A DNA stretch of 59,405 bases, the filler included, from Stramenopiles sp. TOSAG23-3 (Eukaryota), in assembly GCA_900128585.1 (NCBI GenBank). It is 8 parts of 8 records of this genome, joined end to end, with 100 filler letters (N's around TTAATTAATTAA, not from the genome) between each part and the next. Parts side by side here need not be neighbours in the genome. Positions count along the whole stretch, not along the records: positions 44,696 to 52,002 come from LT643172.1; positions 52,103 to 59,405 come from LT643173.1; 6 more parts are not named here. The stretch is one strand, 5' to 3'. Positions 51,391-59,405 of this stretch are shown piece by piece. Under the pieces are notes generated by a model, which had not been told where the DNA came from, searched no databases, and worked only from the letters and a program-made list of their open reading frames with translations. Position 1 is the stretch's first letter. Every line of letters starts with the position of its first letter. The translations under genes and the position numbers were made by a program.

Positions 51391-52280
51391 GGGCACGTTC
51401 GTCCTTCCTTCGCCGAGAGCACGGTCCTCTGCTCAAGACCAAAGGGCCTTGGTCCAATATTTCTCTTCGAACGAATAGGCAGTTACTTCCCTTTTACGTT
51501 TGTACAAAAACGTAAATGCCAATTGAGGCTTCTGCCGTTTTTTAAAATTGCAAAATGTGTGAAACAAATCCTTCGTTTTCTTTTCTTTGAAATGGAAGTG
51601 TATTTGATTGTGTTGTTTTTTTCGCTTTTAAAAAAAAAAAATATTAATAATTATTAGAGATAGACGACTTAGTAGTACCAGGTAGTAGGGAAGAAGAACC
51701 GTTATTATATATAATTATTAATAATAATATTATTATTATTATTTATAGTCTCTAATAAAAATTAGTAAAATTATTATAGTAGTTATAGTCGTCTAATATT
51801 AAATGTAATCACCTCTTCTTCTTCTCAGTTCTCATAATTATTATCATACGTCATACGTCATACGACGAAGAAGAAGAAAAAATTTCAATAATAATAAAAA
51901 TATTAAAATAGAAAGAAAGAGTCGAAAGAAAGAAAGAGTCGAAAGAAAGAAAGAGTCGAAAGAAAGAAAGAAAGAAAGAAAGAAAGAGTCGAAAGAAAGA
52001 AANNNNNNNNNNNNNNNNNNNNNNNNNNNNNNNNNNNNNNNNNNNNTTAATTAATTAANNNNNNNNNNNNNNNNNNNNNNNNNNNNNNNNNNNNNNNNNN
52101 NNTTCGAGCGGGGTGCCCAGCAATCGCCCGAATGATACCACACTGGTCCCTCGAGGACCGGCGAGCACACATACCGGCGAACGCTACCCCCACCCAAAAA
52201 CTTTACCTATTAAGCGTCCCGATTCGCCTCCCCCAGGACATGACGACACGCACACGCACCTGCCCCTTCATGGTAGGAAC

Positions 52281-53669
52281 CTACTGTATATCTTCAGATA
52301 TCCAAGTGATAATACGAACCCATACTGCATCACTAATGGCGACTGTGTAATGCCCTTCACCGCAAAAAATTAATTGCCTCTCTTTCATTATCTTTTTCAA
52401 AGGAAGCGCGGACTTGGGCCGCACCAAATAATCACATTCGCCAGCAGCATAGCGATAAGTTATGCCAGAAGAATTACGCACGCATGCCTCCAGCAATGTC
52501 TGAAGAAATACTGATCCTACCTCCATTTGGTCAGCTACTTTGGAGAAAAGTCTGTTTGCTCTCGCAAGCTTTGGATAGTTTTTTCGAACGTAAGTCAAAA
52601 GCGCTGAACCGAGAAAAGGAGTTGAAACAGAATAAACTGCCCGGCATTTCAAACCGCACTCTATTTCTAGCTCATTCCGCATCTCCTTATTTTGCGATAT
52701 ATATGATGCTACAAGCCCTCCTAAGCTATGACCAAGAATAATTAACTTCCTTGGTTTTGACACCGTTTTATACGCTTTTTCAAATTTTGCCTTTAGTCGC
52801 CTACAAACTATCTCTGCTAAAATTTCCACTCCTTGATGGTTGGCTGGGCGCATATAAAATTGATCCTCTAATTCATAATTTACCGTCACTACACTTAAAT
52901 CCTTTGCCCAATGGTGCAGCGAGAGCGATACAAGCCCGCGTACCCATTGTCCGTCGTTGGCGCCATGCCCATGAAGTAAGAGTACCACTGGGGCCTCGCC
53001 CGGCACAATCTGGCCCCAGCTTCCTCCTTCCCTATCATATTTTCCGGCAAAAATCATCAGAACAATTGCCCCAGGTGCCATGGCAAGTTCTGTAAGAAGA
53101 AACAAAACATGCCGGTACACTGGCAAAAACAACCGATTGGTGTTCCATAGCGTTGACCACGAGATAATTAGAACAACGAATGAAAGAAGAAACTGGCCCC
53201 GATGATACACAAAAAGGGTCACCGCAATCAAAGAAAAGGTTAACTCGTAATTCGATACAATGTCTAACTTAGCACTAATGGTGCGCATTGCTTCTTTAAC
53301 CAGGTGTCTCGCCCAACCGTCCGCTGAGTTTTGGCCCGGAACATAAAGAGCAGCGGCAACAAGCGCCGAACTTACACCGACTGCACTAAAGATCCAACCT
53401 AAAACAAAATCACCAAATACATAATACCAGTTATAGTCATATCTACTAGTCGCTACACGGCTACAAGGTCGAAGAAATATCCCCGTAAAAATAAAAATAG
53501 CGCGAATCACTTGTTTTGTCAATGCACACGGAGCAACCAAATTCCAACAACAAAAAAGGAAAGGTGCTATGAAGAAATTCCCGGATTCAAGAATGTATGG
53601 AGCGGTGAGACCAAGGAGCGAGAAAAGCTGCAGAGCAAAAACAGCAACTAGTGCAACCCATGGTTGCAT
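52281..53669 (-). CDS. Membrane-anchored alpha/beta-hydrolase (lipase/PGAP1-like)
   Basis: Hydrophobic N-terminal half; LLHGHG, GHSLGG nucleophile elbow, STPFLGS, D (CDYLV) and H (EGHY). Confidence 0.8.
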   Translation of the reverse strand: MQPWVALVAVFALQLFSLLGLTAPYILESGNFFIAPFLFCCWNLVAPCALTKQVIRAIFIFTGIFLRPCSRVATSRYDYNWYYVFGDFVLGWIFSAVGVSSALVAAALYVPGQNSADGWARHLVKEAMRTISAKLDIVSNYELTFSLIAVTLFVYHRGQFLLSFVVLIISWSTLWNTNRLFLPVYRHVLFLLTELAMAPGAIVLMIFAGKYDREGGSWGQIVPGEAPVVLLLHGHGANDGQWVRGLVSLSLHHWAKDLSVVTVNYELEDQFYMRPANHQGVEILAEIVCRRLKAKFEKAYKTVSKPRKLIILGHSLGGLVASYISQNKEMRNELEIECGLKCRAVYSVSTPFLGSALLTYVRKNYPKLARANRLFSKVADQMEVGSVFLQTLLEACVRNSSGITYRYAAGECDYLVRPKSALPLKKIMKERQLIFCGEGHYTVAISDAVWVRIITWISEDIQ

Positions 53670-53997
53670 AAACTTGAAGTGGTGTTAAGACCAAACTATA
53701 GCTGAACGCTTATCGAGTTTCTTTCGACAAATTTTTTCTGAGGGATTATGAAATGCCAACGTCGTAGTAATCTTTATGAAGTAATGAGAAAATGAGAAAT
53801 GGGACGTTTTTTGACGGGCCAGCAATTTGTAGAATACTGGGTGGTATCAATGAAATGAAATGACCCTTCGGGACGCCTGGCAGGGGCCTATTTTTTCTAT
53901 AATAATAATATTTAATACCTAATATAATGATCGTCGATAGAAGAGAATGGGATGAGCCGCTCGTGGGTGCTACCCGTACCTACTAAGGATTCGTATG

Positions 53998-54025
53998 GAC
54001 ACAGCATCCTTCGCGATGCTGTGTC
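53998..54025. promoter_or_regulatory. Perfect 11-bp inverted repeat of the ACACAGCAT motif between divergent genes
   Basis: GACACAGCATC-CTTCGC-GATGCTGTGTC. Confidence 0.6.
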
Positions 54026-54471
54026 AATGTGAAGGCTTAGAATCTCGAAAATAATGGCGACGTGTGGATGAAGTTATGAAGTTCCAAATGTACTATTTAT
54101 TATTAATAATAAACATCAACGAACTACTATTATATCGGAATTTGAGTTATTAAATAGGCAAATGAATAGAGACTAACGAATACGCGTAGTATTATCTATC
54201 TACTGTTATAAATATTATTTATCTCTATTTGAATCCCTATAACTCTCATATATTCGTACAGTACAAATTAATACAAGGTACTATGTTTACGGTAGGGAAC
54301 GGTATGGGTACCTGGGAACCGGGGTAATTAAAACTTGACTTTGTTCTTCAGTTGCGTTTGTGTTTGTTTGTAATGATATTTCTTCTATTCGATTCAATTG
54401 AATTATTTCAAATGAGGAACAAGCACAACCTTTTCATGTTGCTGGCATTGCGTTGTAATTCATACATCATA

Positions 54472-56388
54472 ATGAAAATCTTCTCTTGCTGTTTAGTCCT
54501 ATTTTGTCTGCTGCCCGGACGGATCGATGCCGCGTGTGAAGTTAGCAACGGCGGGTGCAGCCCGGGAAAGTACTGCAGTTCCAGCAAAAATGACAATGGA
54601 GACCAACTTTGTCTCAGTTGTGACCCTGGGCTGTACCAAAACGCAAAAAGCACGGTGCTGAACCAATGCAAAATGTGCCCTAAAGGCAAGTACAACACCA
54701 ACCATAATTCCAAGGCTTCCAGCGCTTGCCTCCAATGCCAAAGGGGACAATACGTGGCCCAAGATGGCTCGAGCAGCTGCAAGAACTGCCCGTCGGGAAC
54801 GTACGGCGATAGAAAAGGGTTAAATTCAGAGTCTTCTTGCCGGCCTTGTGCCCTCGGGAGATACAACGACTCCCCGGCGGGGGATTCACCTGGCGCTTGC
54901 AAGAGTTGTTCGTCCGGCCAATACTCCGATTCAACCACAGGGAGCACGGATTGTACAATCTGCCCTGGGAAGAAAGTCTCGCTTCCGGCGACAACCAGGA
55001 GCAGCAAATGCACAGCGGTTTGCCCTGCAGGTTCTTACAAGGTGTCAGGAAATTGCTTGGTGTGCCCTACTGGCCAGTACAGCAAAGAACCGGGCAGCAG
55101 TGGTTGTACAAAGTGCTTGCTGGGGACGTTCCCAGGGGCTGCAAGCAACGGGCACTGGAATGACTGCGCTGCTGGAGAAGGCCAGACGTGTGAGTGTGAC
55201 GGTCTTGTCCGTCGAAAAAAGAACGACAATTCCTACCAAGTATTTAGCGTCCACGGGGGCATAATGTGCAGCACAGACTCGTTCGGGTTCAACTCAAATG
55301 GTGCATGCGCGTGCCTGGTGCCTTACTCACTGGACAAAGACACCAATGTGTTGAACAAAATGGAATTCAATGGTCTTATCTGCGCGTTTGTATGCATGTG
55401 GGCAGGGATGGTCAACTTTCAGAAAGTTGACGAAGAGGAGGGCGGAAATGTCTTCGCGACCACGGTCACGATTCTAACGTTCGTGTTCAACGTGCTTTTT
55501 ATCGTTTGGGCGACGAAAAAGTACTTTTCTCAGTTTTTGAAAGACAACGATTATTTTGAAAAATACACTTCCACGCTTCCCAAACCGGTCAGGAACACTG
55601 CCCGGTGCGTTTACACAGGCTATCGCGCGCTTTATAATGGTTTGTTGAAGTTGGTGCATGCTTTATTTATCAGGAGAAAGGATGCAATCGGAGAGCACGA
55701 AAATTGGGATAGAGTCTTTTCCGTGGAACATCAAGCGTTTTATTTTATCCACGATGCCACTATGACGGTCATGTGGGAGTATTATGATGAGGTGCAGCAC
55801 GCAGAGATATCCAGGGAAGGGCGCCTTTATCCGCGCCAGCACGGGTGGTATCGGTATTGGGACCCGAGTAGAAGCCGCAAACTTAGAGCGAAAGTTGGAG
55901 TGAGCCGATGGTATTTTCATCACGAGGAGCAAGGGACGAAGTGGAGCGCCGCAAAAGAGGAGCCTAAAAGCCTAGCTCATTTTAATCCTCTGACGTCATT
56001 GAAGACTTTCGGAAAAATGACTGTGGAGAATGTTGGTTCTTTCACGTCACAGTTGAGGCGCAAATTTACAAGAGAGGCCAGAAGCAACCCAGCAACCGAG
56101 ATGACAACAATCGAGGTGCCCCAAAAGGCAATGCTTACACACAAGGCAAAGCGACCGTCCACCTACGACATGTGGAAAAGGTTTTATGACGAGATACATG
56201 GCTCTTACTGTTACGAAAATATTAAACATGGGCATATTAAGTGGGAAGACCCAGAAACTGGACAAAACATTGATAATGTTGCACCGGAAAACGGATGGCG
56301 ACTTTACAATGATGACTCCAGCGCAAGAGAATACTTCCACAATGAAGATACCGATTACTCCTTTTGGGTTTACAGCCCGGCGAGATGA
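54472..56388 (+). CDS. Surface protein: signal peptide, GCC2/GCC3 (ephrin-receptor-like) Cys repeats, TM segments and WW-like repeats
   Basis: MKIFSCCLVLFCLL signal; CxxCxxGxY repeats; 2-3 TM helices; four W-x(10-12)-(Y/F)F-x-(N/H)...W modules. Confidence 0.75.
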   Translation: MKIFSCCLVLFCLLPGRIDAACEVSNGGCSPGKYCSSSKNDNGDQLCLSCDPGLYQNAKSTVLNQCKMCPKGKYNTNHNSKASSACLQCQRGQYVAQDGSSSCKNCPSGTYGDRKGLNSESSCRPCALGRYNDSPAGDSPGACKSCSSGQYSDSTTGSTDCTICPGKKVSLPATTRSSKCTAVCPAGSYKVSGNCLVCPTGQYSKEPGSSGCTKCLLGTFPGAASNGHWNDCAAGEGQTCECDGLVRRKKNDNSYQVFSVHGGIMCSTDSFGFNSNGACACLVPYSLDKDTNVLNKMEFNGLICAFVCMWAGMVNFQKVDEEEGGNVFATTVTILTFVFNVLFIVWATKKYFSQFLKDNDYFEKYTSTLPKPVRNTARCVYTGYRALYNGLLKLVHALFIRRKDAIGEHENWDRVFSVEHQAFYFIHDATMTVMWEYYDEVQHAEISREGRLYPRQHGWYRYWDPSRSRKLRAKVGVSRWYFHHEEQGTKWSAAKEEPKSLAHFNPLTSLKTFGKMTVENVGSFTSQLRRKFTREARSNPATEMTTIEVPQKAMLTHKAKRPSTYDMWKRFYDEIHGSYCYENIKHGHIKWEDPETGQNIDNVAPENGWRLYNDDSSAREYFHNEDTDYSFWVYSPAR

Positions 56389-56810
56389 GAGAAAATAAAA
56401 CAACTATTATTATTTAGACGACTAGTCCTTGCTAATGCTTCTGCTGTTTCATTATACTAACTTGGTATAATCACCACAGATGTTGTTTTCATAATTTTAA
56501 GTTTTAACCGATATTGTGTGAATGTTATTACATAATAGTTAGTAATAATACGTACGTAAAAATTTGAAAGGGAATAATGAGGATGATGATGGGGGAGTAA
56601 AATGGATGGCGCCGGCGAACGACGAAGCAACCCCACACCCAGTACACCTCTTCTGTTTCATTAGAGAATAGTAGCGGCTTCTTTTGCTTTCCGAGGCACT
56701 TTGCTTGTTATGTTGAAACTATGTTTTGTGTTTGTACAAATTTCCACGTGAAATAGGCAACGGAGCGTCCACGTTAAAAAACCAAACGTTTGTTTTAGTG
56801 GTTGTAGATA

Positions 56811-58481
56811 ATGGATAACAGTAGTACAGCTCCGTTCGTCCCTTCGAAGTCCTTTATCGGGGCAAAGGCAGGCTTTGTCTTTCAAATGGGGCTGCAAGGG
56901 CTAGGGTATTATGCGGACAAGCTATACTCCCCAGTGAAGGAAAAGCGTAGGCTTGAAAATGCAGTTGTAAATGGAGTAAAGAGGCAAAAACTTGCAGGTG
57001 AAGAAGATGTTGAGGAGCTAAACGAGAGCAGCCTAAAGGTGCTGGTGGCCCAGCTCGCGAAGTGCCATCAAAAGAACGAAGAACAGAGGATCAAGCACGA
57101 AAATAACCCCGAAAAGTTCATGGATAGCGAGATCAAGCTGCACAGTCTAATCAAACGCGCCAGCGTCGTGTCGGCGTACCCACACTTGTACCCAATTTTT
57201 GTGTCAGCGGGCGCACCGTCTTTGTTCGTAGCACTAATAATTCACCCCAACGTAGACATTTCACTGGACGCAATCGAAGCGCTGGCTGATATCCTGGACC
57301 CTAGTGTGATAGAGGAGGATTTTGAAAACACCAAAGGATTCTTTGAGCGTTTCTTGAAGGTAGAAGGTCTCCATGGCTTGGCCAACAATTTATGCCGCAT
57401 CGATGAAGCGTTAGGGGGACGGGAGCAGCAGGGTGTCGAAACGTGCCTATTAATTTTTGAACATATGCTAGAGTTTGATCCAGAGTTTGTTGCCCCCGTT
57501 TGTGGCACGACAACTTTGTTGGGATGGCTGTTGAAAAAGATCACAACTAAGGGCTTCGATACCAACAAGTTGGCAGCAAGTGAGATTCTTTTCATGTATT
57601 TGCAAGCCAGCAAACAGAACCGCCTTGCTGTAATACAGTGCAAAACCAGCCAAGGGAAAGAAATCAACGGCGTAGAAATGCTACTTCGGGGAATGCACAT
57701 GTACCGCAAGCGACAGCCAGTTACTGAAGAGGAGAAAGAGTGCGTTGAAAACGTCTTTTCTGCGGCAGTGTGTATGCTCTTGGAAACCGAAAACCAGAAA
57801 GAGTTCAATGAATTAGAAGGATTTGAACTCATGGTTAAAGTTTTGCGATGCCGTTCTTATTCTTACCGAAAGTGTTGGCAAGTCATGGACCAGGCGCTTG
57901 CCTATAATGGGGCAAACTGCGAATCGTTCGTGCAAGCGGGGGGGCTGAAAGTGTTGTTCCCGGCATTCATGGGGCGCGGAAAAATAGCGGTGTTGAGCAA
58001 ACACGGCAAGCTGAAAGCTAAGACTGCAATCAGGCCAGAGGACGAAGAGTTTGTTCTATCATGTATTATGACACTGAGCGTTTACTTGCAGGGGCTGTCG
58101 TATTCTCGCTTCATGGAAAAATTTGTCTCGCACGAATTTGAAAAGTTAGACCGCCTGGTCGAATTGCACGCGGACTACCTCGACAAGTTGGAAAACGGCG
58201 CCTCTGATGGAAGTCTATCGAAGCGGCTAGAAAATGGCTTGTACGCACTGCAGCGGGTCGATTGCGTTCTTGCAAATTTGCATGCCCAGACAGAGTACCC
58301 AGTTATTACCAAATTTATTCTTGCAAAATTCCACGAGCAAGGGTTGGAGCTAGGCGCTGTGCTTGAGACCGTAAAGGAGTGTTTGGAATTGTTAGAAAGC
58401 GAAGAAGTCAATAGCACAGTTTTGCAGAAAACCAAGAAAAGTGCTTTGGTGTGGGAAGCGGCCCTTCAAAAGCAAGAGTAG
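56811..58481 (+). CDS. CTNNBL1: Beta-catenin-like protein 1 (spliceosomal Prp19-complex associated)
   Basis: KNEEQRIKHENNPEKFMDSEIKLH, HPNVDIS, NKLAASEIL, EEKECVENVF, GGLKVLFPAFMG and EKLDRLVELH motifs. Confidence 0.93.
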   Translation: MDNSSTAPFVPSKSFIGAKAGFVFQMGLQGLGYYADKLYSPVKEKRRLENAVVNGVKRQKLAGEEDVEELNESSLKVLVAQLAKCHQKNEEQRIKHENNPEKFMDSEIKLHSLIKRASVVSAYPHLYPIFVSAGAPSLFVALIIHPNVDISLDAIEALADILDPSVIEEDFENTKGFFERFLKVEGLHGLANNLCRIDEALGGREQQGVETCLLIFEHMLEFDPEFVAPVCGTTTLLGWLLKKITTKGFDTNKLAASEILFMYLQASKQNRLAVIQCKTSQGKEINGVEMLLRGMHMYRKRQPVTEEEKECVENVFSAAVCMLLETENQKEFNELEGFELMVKVLRCRSYSYRKCWQVMDQALAYNGANCESFVQAGGLKVLFPAFMGRGKIAVLSKHGKLKAKTAIRPEDEEFVLSCIMTLSVYLQGLSYSRFMEKFVSHEFEKLDRLVELHADYLDKLENGASDGSLSKRLENGLYALQRVDCVLANLHAQTEYPVITKFILAKFHEQGLELGAVLETVKECLELLESEEVNSTVLQKTKKSALVWEAALQKQE

Positions 58482-58713
58482 GCGCGCGCTCACGCGCGCA
58501 CACACCGGGAGACCGGTTCTTAAAATGGATATTTTTGCACTTATAATTCGTAAAATTATCTATAGTTCGTGACAAAGTACTCTTCTCTCTCTCTCGTATA
58601 CCACGTTCGTAATTCGTAACAGTACGTTACGTAATACGAGTGAGACGAGCTGTCGTGCGCTTTTTAATATCGCAAAATCGTGCGCGTGTGTCTCATGCGC
58701 AGGTACACGGCAA

Positions 58714-59405
58714 TCAATAGTGTATAGATGCATAGTCTATTCCCGCGTCAGAAAATGGGTCCTCGTCGTCTGCCAATCCAACACTAATGGTGGCAGTACC
58801 TGCGTGTACCCCGCCGTTCATGCTGGGCCCTTGCTTGATGGCATTGCTTGCTAACCCTGCGGGGTTGGTCGACAGCGAACGTTTCGCATGGTCCTGCTTG
58901 TGCAAAGGTCGCCCTGCTCCATTATGTTTAAAGTTTCCTTTAACGGTCGTAGGACACGTGACAGCGTTCCTCCCTTCTTCAGTTGTCTTTTGCTTGCATT
59001 CTTCTGGGTGGGTGCGCGCTCGTTTTATAGCAGGCGTGCCATGGCGTTGACCATTTCGTTTTCCTAAATGTTGCTTCATGTGGGTTGCTTCCGCACTACC
59101 GCCGGGTTTTGGCGCAACAGCTTTTTGGGGCGCTGGTACGAGCCTACTATTGGCGACGAAGGACGGGACAACCGCGGGGGCTTTTCCAAGGCTGCTGACG
59201 GCTTTGAACTGTTTGTCGTACAGGCAGTTGCCTAGTCGTGGACCTAATAAGCGCAACGCTCGCTTTCGGGCGTCTGTAACGGCCTGCTTCTTGGCGCTCT
59301 CTATCGCTGCAAATTTATTCCGGTCTCTCCCGTTCCCGCACCCGACGTCTTCGTGCGTGGTACCGTTCTTCAGCGTAACGGTGACCAGCGCAGTTGCGCT
59401 AACCG
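58714..59405 (-). CDS. RAD52: Rad52/Rad22 single-strand annealing protein, 5'-truncated
   Basis: The frame is open to the window end. My translation, VTVTLKNGTTHEDVGCG...AIESAKKQAVTDARKRALRLLGPRLGNCLYDK, matches the Rad52 core; the supplied ORF misses most of it. Confidence 0.9.
   Translation of the reverse strand, partial: VSATALVTVTLKNGTTHEDVGCGNGRDRNKFAAIESAKKQAVTDARKRALRLLGPRLGNCLYDKQFKAVSSLGKAPAVVPSFVANSRLVPAPQKAVAPKPGGSAEATHMKQHLGKRNGQRHGTPAIKRARTHPEECKQKTTEEGRNAVTCPTTVKGNFKHNGAGRPLHKQDHAKRSLSTNPAGLASNAIKQGPSMNGGVHAGTATISVGLADDEDPFSDAGIDYASIHY

Overview
This window is not one locus. It is eight unrelated contigs of about 7.3 kb (7368, 7368, 7366, 7362, 7319, 7312, 7307 and 7303 bp, sorted by length), joined by artificial 100-bp spacers (N44-TTAATTAATTAA-N44). 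Seven contigs look like a compact, apparently intron-poor microbial eukaryote genome, with GC-richer single-ORF genes and AT-rich, GAA-microsatellite intergenic DNA. A marine stramenopile-like protist is my inference, not a certainty. Recognisable genes: a MyTH4 (myosin-tail-like) protein, a TPR+cNMP protein, a PTS1-bearing 2OG-Fe(II) oxygenase, an acyl-CoA oxidase-like protein, PCH2/TRIP13, RPAP2/Rtr1 (frameshifted), an XK-related protein, mannitol dehydrogenase, Kelch-BTB, a GH36 alpha-galactosidase, otubain, V-ATPase subunit G, an LRR-ANK-TIR-TIR-IQ protein, an alpha/beta hydrolase, CTNNBL1 and RAD52 (partial). Contig 2 (7469-14836) is different. It is tightly gene-packed with TATA boxes just upstream of the ATGs and looks like a large-DNA-virus fragment carrying Mx-like dynamin, RasGEF-like, TMEM8/CREST-like, T5orf172 and permuted papain amidase genes. 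Highlights: (1) a non-coding element of about 480 bp present on three independent contigs, substitution-rich but almost indel-free; (2) a recurrent intergenic ACACAGCAY motif; (3) the virus-like contig; (4) the tandem-TIR receptor-like protein. All calls come from reading motifs by eye; no database search was run.
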